Source: Patescibacteria group bacterium
GTDB taxonomy: Bacteria > Patescibacteriota > Microgenomatia > UBA8517
NCBI GenBank assembly: GCA_018823885.1
Contig: JAHJHG010000009.1
Location: forward strand, 64,783-128,782
Direction of reading: 5' to 3'
Length of the DNA stretch: 64,000 bases
Below are positions 37,052 through 46,389 of this stretch, in pieces; position 1 is the stretch's first letter, and each line of letters begins with the position of its first letter. Made by a program: the position numbers and the translations under genes. Under the pieces are notes generated by a model. That model searched no databases and was not told where the DNA came from. It saw only the letters and a list, made by a program, of their open reading frames with translations.

Positions 37052-38047
37052 ATGAAGCGTCTCATAATTCCGACACTACTAATCACCCTTTTAATTATCA
37101 GCGGGGTTTTTTGGTGGAAGCAAAACAGTAAGCCGGTATCAACAAATGAAAGTCTGCAAAGTTTCCTAATTCCCAAAGGATACTCTGCTTCCCAGATTGG
37201 AAATAAGCTGGCGGACCAAAATCTTATCAAAAGCTCTTTTGCTTTCAAGCTTTATGTTCAAGTGATGGCTAAGTCTAAAAGAATTCAAGCGGGAGAATAT
37301 TTATTAGCGCCAAGTTTTTCTTTATTTAAGATTGTTGTTCAATTAACAAGCGGACCTGTTGAAGAGTGGGTGACCATTCCTGAGGGACTTAGGCGAGAGG
37401 AGGTTGTTGAAAAATATATTAGTGTTTTGAAAAGAAATGAAACAGATGCCGAGGTTTTTCGACAAGATTTTTTAACAATTACTGCGAACAAGGAAGGTTT
37501 CCTTTTTCCCGATACTTATCTTTTCCCAAAAACAGTAAGTGCTTCAATAGTTGCCAACAAGATGCTTTCGACTTTCGACAGCAAAATTAGTGCTCAGATG
37601 GACGCAGATATCAATTCTTCAAAATACAGTTTAGATCAAGTTATTGTTTTGGCCTCGATTATTGAAAGAGAGACAAGGAAGGATGAAGAAAGACCTGTCG
37701 TTGCAGGGATTCTTTTTAATAGGCTTGAAATAGGCATGGGGCTTCAAGTAGATGCGACAGTCCAATACGCTTTGGCAACGGCCAATTGTCGTGTTGGAAC
37801 AACCTGTGACTGGTGGCCAGCCCTTACAAGAGACGATATGAGCATTAACTCTTCTTACAATACTTATAAATATGCAGGAATTCCTTCCACACCGATCGCT
37901 AATCCAAGTCTTTCATCTATTGCAGCCGTGATTTATCCAACTGATTCTTCTTACTTGTATTACCTCCACGATGAAGATGGAGAAATTCATTATGCAGAAA
38001 CACTTGATGGGCATAACGAGAATGTAAGAAAATATTTAGGAAAATAG
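37052..38047 (+). CDS. mltG: endolytic murein transglycosylase MltG (YceG-like)
   Basis: 331 aa; N-terminal TM then YceG-like domain (VTIPEGLRREEV ... ASIIERETRKDEERPVVAGILFNRLEIGMGLQVDATVQYAL). Confidence 0.85.
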   Translation: MKRLIIPTLLITLLIISGVFWWKQNSKPVSTNESLQSFLIPKGYSASQIGNKLADQNLIKSSFAFKLYVQVMAKSKRIQAGEYLLAPSFSLFKIVVQLTSGPVEEWVTIPEGLRREEVVEKYISVLKRNETDAEVFRQDFLTITANKEGFLFPDTYLFPKTVSASIVANKMLSTFDSKISAQMDADINSSKYSLDQVIVLASIIERETRKDEERPVVAGILFNRLEIGMGLQVDATVQYALATANCRVGTTCDWWPALTRDDMSINSSYNTYKYAGIPSTPIANPSLSSIAAVIYPTDSSYLYYLHDEDGEIHYAETLDGHNENVRKYLGK

Positions 38048-38109
38048 CTTGCGTCTCCATTTTTTGTTGTTTGGAGACATTTGCGGTAAATAATAAGCAG
38101 AGACAGGGG

Positions 38110-38137
38110 TTGACAAGAAAAATTACAGTGCTATAAT
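38110..38137 (+). promoter_or_regulatory. near-consensus sigma-70 promoter for rpoBC (TTGACA-N16-TGcTATAAT, extended -10)
   Basis: TTGACA 38110-38115; TG at -15/-14 and TATAAT 38132-38137; followed by GCGTAC-ACTA-GTACGC hairpin in the ~95-nt leader. Confidence 0.6.
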
Positions 38138-38231
38138 CCACGCTAGGCGTACACTAGTACGCTAACTAGCTTTGTCCCAAGTTTTCTTGGGCTTTTTCCT
38201 TGCAATTTTTTTGCTTTAGAAACTATAACTG

Positions 38232-41200
38232 ATGGCTCAAACCGTACGTCGCGATTTCGGTAAAAATGAGGGAGAATTACCAGAACTCGACCTCTCACTT
38301 GTCCAAAGAGAGTCGTGGGGAGGTTTCTTAGAAAATGGCATTGCTAGGCAAATAGCAGAAATTACTCCAATTAGTGATTTTACCGGTAAAAATTGGGAAC
38401 TTCATTTAGGCGAAACCTTTTTAGGTGATCCTTCAGTAAGCGTCAAACAAGCTTCCGAAAAGGGAATAACTTACTCATCTCCTCTTAGAATTACAGCCAC
38501 CCTAACAAACAAAAAAACTGGCAAAAAAACCACACAAGAAGTTTTCTTGGGCGATATTCCCCAAATGACACTGAGGGGAACATTTATTATCAATGGTATT
38601 GAACGTACCGTAATAAACCAACTAGTTAGATCTCCAGGTGCATATTTTTCTGGGGAACTTGATCGATCTTCTGGTCGCTTACTCCATAAAGCAGAAATGC
38701 GTCCTTTACATGGATCTTGGCTCGAGTTTGAAGTTGGGAAAAACGATGTGATTGCGGCAAGAATTGATCGAAGGAGAAAAGTGGTCGCAACGGCATTTTT
38801 GCGTGCCATGGGAATTGAGTCAGATAGCGAAATTCTTGCAATATTTAAGGAAGCCGACAAAGATGAAAATCATAAATATATAACGGCAACTTTAGAGAAG
38901 GATCCTACGACAAATAAAGAAGAGGCATTAATAGAGATTTATAAAAAAATGCGGCCAGGCGAACCGGCTGTTTACGAGAACGCAAAAAATCTTTTTGAAA
39001 ACTTGTTTTTTGAGCCCAGGCGGTATGAATTAGGACGAGTAGGTCGTTTTAAAATTAATAAAAGATTAAACTTAACCCTTCCTAACGAAAAGGCAACTTG
39101 GGTACTAACGAGACAGGATATAATTGGTGCCCTAAGTTATCTTATTAATCTTCAGAATGGTGAAGGAAGAGTTGACGATATTGACCACTTGTCTAACAGA
39201 AGACTTAGAAGAGTAGGAGAATTAGTTGAAACAAACGCTTTCAGGGTTGGATTATTGAGGCTGGAACGATCCGTGAAGGAAAAGATGAGTCTCATTTCAC
39301 CGGATGACCGGCCTGTTCCGGCGAACTTAATTAATGCGAGGCCGCTAATCGCCTCTCTTAATGAATTTTTCCGAAGCAATCAATTATCTACAATATTAGA
39401 CGACACAAACCCTTTAAGCGAAATTGACAATCTTCGAAGAGTTTCCGTTTTGGGAACAGGTGGTATAAGTAGGGAGAGAGCCTCATTTTCTATTCGTGAT
39501 GTTAACTCCTCCCAGTACGGCAGAATAGACCCAGTACGTACGCCCGAAGGTCCAAATATAGGACTGGTAACCTATTTGTCTCTTTATGCAAAAGTTAATG
39601 AGTTCGGTTTTATCGAAACTCCTTATAGGAAAACAAAAAAGATTAAAAAAGATAGAAAAACAAAAATAAAAATAATTGATAAAATAATTTATCTTTCTGC
39701 TGATGATGAAGAGAATTACCACATTACCCACTCGGGTGTAACGACAGATAGATATGGATACATTATCGAAGAAAGGGTGCCGTTTAGGTTTCAAGGCTCT
39801 GTTTCTGAAGGGCCAGTCGAACTTGTTGATTTGGTCGACATAACCGCTAGGCAAGTAGTTGGAACATCAGCATCACTTATTCCATTTTTAGCTCACGATG
39901 AGGGAAATAGAGCGCTCATGGGTTCGAACATGCAATGTCAGGCGGTACCCCTGGTCAGTCCGGAATCACCTATTGTAGGAACGGGTATGGAGAAAGTAAT
40001 TGCCGAGGGTATGGGTCGGGTAATCAGAGCACGTCATTCTGGAACGGTAACGTATGCTGATGCAGACAAAATAGAAATAAAATTAAGCAAAAAAACAGAA
40101 GATCATGACAAAAACGAGGAAGTTGAAATAATTGATGGCGGAAAAACGGAGGTTTACAATCTTATGAAATTTGTGAGAACTTCGCAGTCCACCAGTTACA
40201 ATCAAAGAGTGGTCGTACATCCTGGCCAAAAGGTCAAAAAAGGTGATCTTTTAGCCGATGGCCCATCGATCGATGATGGGGAGTTAGCTTTAGGTAGAAA
40301 CCTTATTATTGCTTACACTTCTTTTGAGGGTTATGGTTTTGAAGACGCAATTTTAGTGTCCGATAGATTGGTGAAAAGTGATTTATTAACATCAATCCAT
40401 ATAGAAGAATATAATTCTGAAGTTGTTGACACAAAACTTGGCCCAGAAGAGCTTACTCGAGACATCCCCAATGTGGCTGAAACAGAATTGGCAAATTTGG
40501 CTGAAGATGGGATTGTTGTTGTTGGGGCAGAAGTTGGACCAAGCGATATTTTAGTGGGGAAAATTGCTCCGAAAGGAGAAACGGAATTAACCGCTGAAGA
40601 AAGACTTCTTCGAGCGATCTTTGGTGAAAAAGCAAGGGAAGTGAGAGATACATCTCTTAGGGTGCCTCACGGAGAAAGAGGTACTGTTGTTGGCGTTAAA
40701 ATTTTAGATAGAGAAAAAGGTGACGAACTGGGCCCAGGAGCTCTTAAGAAAGTTTTTGTTAAGGTAGCTCAGATAAGAAAGATTAATGTTGGTGACAAGA
40801 TTGCCGGTCGCCACGGAAATAAAGGAGTTATCGCCAAAATCTTACCGATAGCAGATATGCCATATCTAAAAGATGGAACACCAGTAGATATAATTATTTC
40901 TCCTCTTTCAATTTTGTCTCGTATGAATTTAGGTCAACTTTTGGAAACACATCTTGGGTGGGCGTTATTTGAAAAAGAAGAAAAGGCAGCTCTGCCTGTA
41001 TTTGATCGAATAGGTGAAGATGTTGTTGAAAAGGAGCTCTCTTCAGCTGGTCTTCCTATCAATGGAAAGACGAGGCTTTGCGATGGTAAAACCGGTGAAC
41101 CTTTTGGTGAAGAAACTGTTGTGGGTATTGCCTATATTTTGAAATTGAAACACATGGTGGAAGACAAAACTCACGCAAGAAGCACAGGACCTTACTCACT

Positions 41201-41597
41201 TGTTACCCAACAACCACTTGGAGGAAAAGCACAAATGGGTGGGCAGCGTTTGGGAGAGATGGAGGTTTGGGCGCTAGAGGCACACAGGGCAGCTTATACT
41301 TTGCAAGAGATGTTAACAATAAAATCGGATGATATTTTGGGAAGGGCACGAGCTTTTGAGGCAATTGTAAAAGGCGTTGAAATTCCTGAAGCAACAGTGC
41401 CAGAGAGCTTTAAGGTGTTAGTACGAGAACTTAATGCTCTCGGGCTTTCACTAGAGGCAAAAGGAGATAGGTCAGTAAGTGATGATAGTTCAACAGAACA
41501 AAAAAGCCCAAAAGAAGGGTTGGAAGAAATAGTTGACGAAAAGGAAAGACTTAATGACACCGAAAGCATTACCGAAATAAAGGGGGTTACGAAATAA
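38232..41597 (+). CDS. rpoB: DNA-directed RNA polymerase subunit beta
   Basis: 1121 aa; canonical RpoB blocks throughout. Confidence 0.98.
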   Translation: MAQTVRRDFGKNEGELPELDLSLVQRESWGGFLENGIARQIAEITPISDFTGKNWELHLGETFLGDPSVSVKQASEKGITYSSPLRITATLTNKKTGKKTTQEVFLGDIPQMTLRGTFIINGIERTVINQLVRSPGAYFSGELDRSSGRLLHKAEMRPLHGSWLEFEVGKNDVIAARIDRRRKVVATAFLRAMGIESDSEILAIFKEADKDENHKYITATLEKDPTTNKEEALIEIYKKMRPGEPAVYENAKNLFENLFFEPRRYELGRVGRFKINKRLNLTLPNEKATWVLTRQDIIGALSYLINLQNGEGRVDDIDHLSNRRLRRVGELVETNAFRVGLLRLERSVKEKMSLISPDDRPVPANLINARPLIASLNEFFRSNQLSTILDDTNPLSEIDNLRRVSVLGTGGISRERASFSIRDVNSSQYGRIDPVRTPEGPNIGLVTYLSLYAKVNEFGFIETPYRKTKKIKKDRKTKIKIIDKIIYLSADDEENYHITHSGVTTDRYGYIIEERVPFRFQGSVSEGPVELVDLVDITARQVVGTSASLIPFLAHDEGNRALMGSNMQCQAVPLVSPESPIVGTGMEKVIAEGMGRVIRARHSGTVTYADADKIEIKLSKKTEDHDKNEEVEIIDGGKTEVYNLMKFVRTSQSTSYNQRVVVHPGQKVKKGDLLADGPSIDDGELALGRNLIIAYTSFEGYGFEDAILVSDRLVKSDLLTSIHIEEYNSEVVDTKLGPEELTRDIPNVAETELANLAEDGIVVVGAEVGPSDILVGKIAPKGETELTAEERLLRAIFGEKAREVRDTSLRVPHGERGTVVGVKILDREKGDELGPGALKKVFVKVAQIRKINVGDKIAGRHGNKGVIAKILPIADMPYLKDGTPVDIIISPLSILSRMNLGQLLETHLGWALFEKEEKAALPVFDRIGEDVVEKELSSAGLPINGKTRLCDGKTGEPFGEETVVGIAYILKLKHMVEDKTHARSTGPYSLVTQQPLGGKAQMGGQRLGEMEVWALEAHRAAYTLQEMLTIKSDDILGRARAFEAIVKGVEIPEATVPESFKVLVRELNALGLSLEAKGDRSVSDDSSTEQKSPKEGLEEIVDEKERLNDTESITEIKGVTK

Positions 41598-41598
41598 T

Positions 41599-44500
41599 AT
41601 GACAGAACCACTTTCAGATTTAAGAACACTTACCGATTTTCAGAGTTTACGCATTAGATTAGCCTCATCGGAGGAAATGAGAAAATGGTCTCGTGGAGAG
41701 GTTACGAAACCGGAAACTATAAACTACAGAACTCTAAAACCTGAAAAGGATGGTCTTTTCGATGAGCGAATTTTCGGTCCAGTAAAAGACTGGGAGTGTT
41801 ACTGTGGTAAATACAAAAGGATTAGATATAAAGGTGTTGTTTGTGATAAGTGTGGAGTTGAAGTAACTCAGTCCAGAGTTAGGCGTGAAAGAATGGGTCA
41901 TATAAGTTTGGCAACTCCAGTTGTTCATGTTTGGTTCTTTAAGGGTGCGCCTTCTAAGATTTCCCTAATATTGGGTGTTCCCCCTCGGGCAATTGAGCAA
42001 GTGATATATTTTGCAAGATATTTAGTTGTAGAAACAAAAGAAAAAAGTCGTAAAGTTGCAATCAAAAACTTAGAAATTGCTGAAAAAGAGCGAGCAAAAG
42101 AAATTGCTGAAATCTATCGAGAACAGAAGGAACAGGTAAGAAATGACGCGAAAGAATCAAAAGAAAAGGCCAAAGGAAAAATAAAAGACAAAGAAAGACT
42201 AGCTCTTACAATTTCAGAAATAGATCTTGACCTAAGAAAAAGAGAAGCCTCGGTTAATGAAGAAGAAGCAGAGGCACAAGAGAGAACGGGTCAATTATTT
42301 AGTAATTTAACTTCTCTTATAAAAAATTTACAGGTTCTTTCAATACTTAGTGAGGAAGAATATGACGAATTAGCAATTCATGGAGCAACAGAGTTTTTTG
42401 AAGCGAAGATGGGAGCAGAAGCGGTACGTGCGGCAATCGAAAAGGTTGATTTAGTAAAATTAGTAGTATCACTCAGGGCAGAACTAGACGAAGTAAAAAC
42501 AGGAAGTGCTAGATATATTAAGCTCACTAAAAGATTAAGATTGGTAGATGGACTAAGGCGAGCCAAAGTTGACCCTTCCTGGGTCATAATGAAGGTAGTT
42601 CCAGTACTCCCTCCGGATTTAAGGCCGATGGTGCAACTCTCAGGTGGCCGATTTGCGACAAGCGATTTAAACGATCTTTATAGAAGAGTTATAAATAGAA
42701 ATAACCGTCTGAAACATCTAATTTCACTTGCAGCACCGGAGATTATATTGCGAAACGAGAAAAGAATGCTTCAGGAGTCTGTTGACTCTTTGATTGATGC
42801 TTCACAAAGGAAAGCAACAAGAAGAGGTAGGGGTAGACAGCCTTTGAGATCTCTTTCAGACATGCTTAAAGGAAAACAGGGAAGATTTAGACAAAATCTT
42901 CTTGGGAAAAGGGTTGATTATTCGGGTCGTTCCGTAATTATTGTTGGGCCAGAGCTTAATCTTAACCAATGTGGTTTACCCAAAAACATGGCGTTGGAGA
43001 TGTTCAAACCTTTCGTGTTGAGAGAAATGATAACTAGAGGGATTGCACCAAATGTAAAAAGTGCTAAAAACATGCTTGAGAGGAAACCCCCGGAAGTATT
43101 CGATATTTTAGAAGAAATTACCAAAGACCATCCGGTTTTGTTAAATCGTGCTCCCACTCTTCACAAGCTTTCTATGCAGGCTTTTTATCCGGTTCTTATT
43201 GAAGGTGCGGCAATAAGAATTCACCCTGCAATTTGTTCTGGCTTTAACGCAGATTTTGATGGTGATCAGATGGCGGTACATGTTCCATTGTCAAAGAAAG
43301 CTATTCAAGAAGCTAGAGAATTAATGCTTCCCGAGTTTAATTTATTGCGACCAGCAGATGGATCTCCTGTTTCAACTCCTGCAAGCAAGGAGATGGCGCT
43401 TGGTGTCTATTATTTAACAAAAATAGATACAAAGATTGCACCAAATAATTCAACTTACACAGACACACAGGAAGCAATAACGGCCTGGCAGGCAAAGAAA
43501 ATTGGATTGAGGCAAAAAATCACAGTCAGAATAAAAGAGGAATTGATAGAAACAACTGTTGGAAGAATTCTTTTCAATGAAACCCTTCCTGAGGGCTTTG
43601 ATTATGTAAATGAGTCGGCAAATGCAACAGTAATCAAGGCACTATTTACCAAAGCTTATACCTCCGTTAAAAAAGATGAAGTGGTTGAAATGATTGATGC
43701 AATAAAGACACTGGGCTTTTATGGCGGAACAATCTCAGGTCTTTCGTTTGGAATAGCCGATGCGACTATTCATCCTCAAAAAGGGAAAATAATGAAGGAA
43801 GCAGATAATAAAATAACAGAAATTGAAAAGAATTTTGCTCAGGGATTGATTACTGCGGAAGAGAAAAAGCGTCTTTCTCAAGAGATTTGGATAGAAACAA
43901 CAGAAGATTTGGCCAACAAAACATGGGACATGCTTGACCCCAACAATACACTTAAAATTGTTATTGACGCAAAGGTTGGACGAACATCGCGTGATCAAGT
44001 TAAACAATTAGCTGCAGCGAGAGGTCTTGTTGTCGATCCTCTCGGGAAGATTGTCGAACTTCCAATTAGGAGTAATTTCCGAGAAGGTCTTTCGGTTTTC
44101 GAATACGTGACTTCATCCAGAGGTTCGAGAAAAGGGTTAACAGATACGGCCTTAAAAACAGCTGACGCGGGTTACCTAACTCGAAGGTTGGTTGATGTTG
44201 CTCATGATGTTTTGATCAGAATGGAAGATTGTGGTGCCGAAGAAGGACTTACAATAAAGAAGTTAATAAGACAAGATTCTTTTGTAAAAAGAATTATTGG
44301 AAGAATGGCTGTCGAGGATATTATTGCGCCCAAGGGGAAAAAGGTAATTGTTTCTAAGGGAGACATTATAGATGAAGAAAACGCACAGAGTATTGAAAAA
44401 GCTGGGGTAACGGAAGTCGTTCTTCGCTCTCCACTCACATGTTTATCGAGATATGGAATGTGTTCTAAGTGTTATGGTCTGGACCTTTCTAATAAAGAGA

Positions 44501-45324
44501 TGGTTGAGGTAGGAACACCAGTTGGTGTGATTGCGGCACAATCTATTGGTGAGCCTGGAACACAGCTTACACTAAGAACAAAACACACAGGAGGAGTAGT
44601 GGGAATTGATGTTACTCAAGGTTTACCTAGGATTGAGGAGCTTTTTGAGTCAAGGACGCCAAAGATTCTCTCACCTTTGGCTGAGATATCTGGTAGGGTA
44701 AAAATAGATGAAATGGAGGAAGGCAATAGAGTAACAATTACTTCCGTTGCGACTAAACCGAAAGAGGAAAGAGAATACATAATCCCTAAAACCAGCAAGC
44801 TTGCCGTTGAAGAGGGTCAACTTGTTGATGTAGGAACACAACTTGCATCTGGATCTTTAGACATTAAAGAAATTTTGGCTGTTCGAGGACTAAGATCAGC
44901 ACAAAAATACTTAGCAAGTGAAATTCAAGGCGTTTATGAATCTCAAGGAATTCCTATTAATGATAAGCACATAGAAGTAATCATTAGGAAAATGAGTGAT
45001 GAAGTAAGAGTTGTCACTTCCGGAGATACACACCTTCTTCCCGGGGAGCTCCTTGAGAAAGCAAGATTCGAGGAAGAAAATGAGAAAGTATTAGCTGCAG
45101 GAGGAGAACCAGCTTCAGCCCAACAAGTTATATTAGGAATTACAAGACGAGCTCTCTTTACGGAATCCTGGTTGTCGGCTGCTTCATTTGAACAAACAAC
45201 AGATGTGTTAACAGAAGCATCGCTTTTGGGAAAAGAAGATTTCCTAAGGGGACTAAAAGAAAACGTCATTATTGGAAGACTTATTCCGACGACTCCGGAA
45301 AGAGCCACCTTGTCTCAAGAATAG
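41599..45324 (+). CDS. rpoC: DNA-directed RNA polymerase subunit beta'
   Basis: 1241 aa; Zn-finger CYCGKYKRIRYKGVVCDKCG, catalytic NADFDGDQMAVH motif. Confidence 0.98.
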   Translation: MTEPLSDLRTLTDFQSLRIRLASSEEMRKWSRGEVTKPETINYRTLKPEKDGLFDERIFGPVKDWECYCGKYKRIRYKGVVCDKCGVEVTQSRVRRERMGHISLATPVVHVWFFKGAPSKISLILGVPPRAIEQVIYFARYLVVETKEKSRKVAIKNLEIAEKERAKEIAEIYREQKEQVRNDAKESKEKAKGKIKDKERLALTISEIDLDLRKREASVNEEEAEAQERTGQLFSNLTSLIKNLQVLSILSEEEYDELAIHGATEFFEAKMGAEAVRAAIEKVDLVKLVVSLRAELDEVKTGSARYIKLTKRLRLVDGLRRAKVDPSWVIMKVVPVLPPDLRPMVQLSGGRFATSDLNDLYRRVINRNNRLKHLISLAAPEIILRNEKRMLQESVDSLIDASQRKATRRGRGRQPLRSLSDMLKGKQGRFRQNLLGKRVDYSGRSVIIVGPELNLNQCGLPKNMALEMFKPFVLREMITRGIAPNVKSAKNMLERKPPEVFDILEEITKDHPVLLNRAPTLHKLSMQAFYPVLIEGAAIRIHPAICSGFNADFDGDQMAVHVPLSKKAIQEARELMLPEFNLLRPADGSPVSTPASKEMALGVYYLTKIDTKIAPNNSTYTDTQEAITAWQAKKIGLRQKITVRIKEELIETTVGRILFNETLPEGFDYVNESANATVIKALFTKAYTSVKKDEVVEMIDAIKTLGFYGGTISGLSFGIADATIHPQKGKIMKEADNKITEIEKNFAQGLITAEEKKRLSQEIWIETTEDLANKTWDMLDPNNTLKIVIDAKVGRTSRDQVKQLAAARGLVVDPLGKIVELPIRSNFREGLSVFEYVTSSRGSRKGLTDTALKTADAGYLTRRLVDVAHDVLIRMEDCGAEEGLTIKKLIRQDSFVKRIIGRMAVEDIIAPKGKKVIVSKGDIIDEENAQSIEKAGVTEVVLRSPLTCLSRYGMCSKCYGLDLSNKEMVEVGTPVGVIAAQSIGEPGTQLTLRTKHTGGVVGIDVTQGLPRIEELFESRTPKILSPLAEISGRVKIDEMEEGNRVTITSVATKPKEEREYIIPKTSKLAVEEGQLVDVGTQLASGSLDIKEILAVRGLRSAQKYLASEIQGVYESQGIPINDKHIEVIIRKMSDEVRVVTSGDTHLLPGELLEKARFEEENEKVLAAGGEPASAQQVILGITRRALFTESWLSAASFEQTTDVLTEASLLGKEDFLRGLKENVIIGRLIPTTPERATLSQE

Positions 45325-45350
45325 GTATAATTATAAAATAACAAACACTT

Positions 45351-45815
45351 ATGCCAACAACATCACAATTAGTTAGAAAAGGTCGAAAAAAGACCAAAAA
45401 GAAAACCCAAAAGGCTGCTTTGGGAAGATGGTTTAATGCAAAAGATCGTAAGTTTAGTGAGCTATCTGCTCCGTTTAAGCGAGGAGTTGTCCTTCAAGTA
45501 AGAACAATGACTCCTAAAAAACCAAACTCCGCATTAAGAAAAGTTGCGAGAGTAAGACTTTCTAATAAACAAGAAATCACTGCCTATATTCAGGGTGAGG
45601 GACATGAATTGGCGGAACACGCTATTGTTATGGTTCGTGCGGGAAGAGTTAAAGATTTACCGGGAGTTAAATATAAAATTGTTAGAGGAAAATACGATAT
45701 GGGTGGGGTTGTTGGTAGAAAGACATCAAGAAGTCGTTATGGAACAAAGAAAGGAGGGGTTGTGGCTCCATCAGTTTCGACTGAGACAGAAGAAGCGGTG
45801 CCAGCAAATGAATAA
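45351..45815 (+). CDS. rpsL: 30S ribosomal protein S12 (with internal insert and C-terminal extension)
   Basis: 154 aa; [18 protein letters not shown]...GEGH...[18 protein letters not shown] core. Confidence 0.95.
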   Translation: MPTTSQLVRKGRKKTKKKTQKAALGRWFNAKDRKFSELSAPFKRGVVLQVRTMTPKKPNSALRKVARVRLSNKQEITAYIQGEGHELAEHAIVMVRAGRVKDLPGVKYKIVRGKYDMGGVVGRKTSRSRYGTKKGGVVAPSVSTETEEAVPANE

Positions 45816-45817
45816 TT

Positions 45818-46297
45818 ATGGCTAGACGAGGACGAGCGAAACCAAGAGAAATTAAACCGGATCCAATTTATGGCAACAAAGCTATAACAAAGTTGATAAA
45901 TAGGAGTATGAAGGAAGGAAAGAAATCTGTTGCTCAAAAACAGGTTTACGGCGCTTTTGAGATTATTAAAGAAAAAACAAAAAGCGATCCTGTTGATGTT
46001 TTTTCCAAAGCAATCGAGACAATAAAGCCAACAATGGAGGTTCGACCTAGGCGTGTTGGGGGAGCCGCTTATCAAGTTCCTATGCCTGTGAGGGGTCTAA
46101 GACGGGAATCTTTGGCTATTCGCTGGCTTATTTTGGCTGCGAGGGCACGCCCAAATTCAGATTATCATACATACGCTGAAAAATTAGCAACAGAGATTAT
46201 AGATGCGGCCAATGGTGAAGGTGGGGCAGTCAAGAAAAGGCAAGACATGGAAAGAATGGCAGAAGCGAATCGTGCATTCAGTCATTTCAGGTGGTAA
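45818..46297 (+). CDS. rpsG: 30S ribosomal protein S7
   Basis: 159 aa; canonical S7 sequence. Confidence 0.95.
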   Translation: MARRGRAKPREIKPDPIYGNKAITKLINRSMKEGKKSVAQKQVYGAFEIIKEKTKSDPVDVFSKAIETIKPTMEVRPRRVGGAAYQVPMPVRGLRRESLAIRWLILAARARPNSDYHTYAEKLATEIIDAANGEGGAVKKRQDMERMAEANRAFSHFRW

Positions 46298-46349
46298 TTC
46301 TCCACAAAATTTGTTGGTTTAAGCCTAATTGAATGGTAGAATTTTCCTA

Positions 46350-46375
46350 GGAAACAGGGCGTTTCCAATTTTTTG
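46350..46375 (+). terminator. terminator/attenuator-like hairpin (GGAAAC-AGGGC-GTTTCC + AATTTTTTG) in rpsG-fusA spacer
   Basis: 6-bp stem, 5-nt loop, followed by T6 tract, 15 nt upstream of fusA ATG. Confidence 0.45.
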
Positions 46376-46389
46376 TGTAAAATATAAAT

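Noticed and set aside
39600-39760. Lys-rich segment in rpoB (KKIKKDRKTKIKIIDK...) as a possible inserted element
   Set aside because: In-frame, flanked by conserved RpoB blocks and consistent with the genome-wide Lys-rich bias; best explained as a lineage-specific loop expansion.
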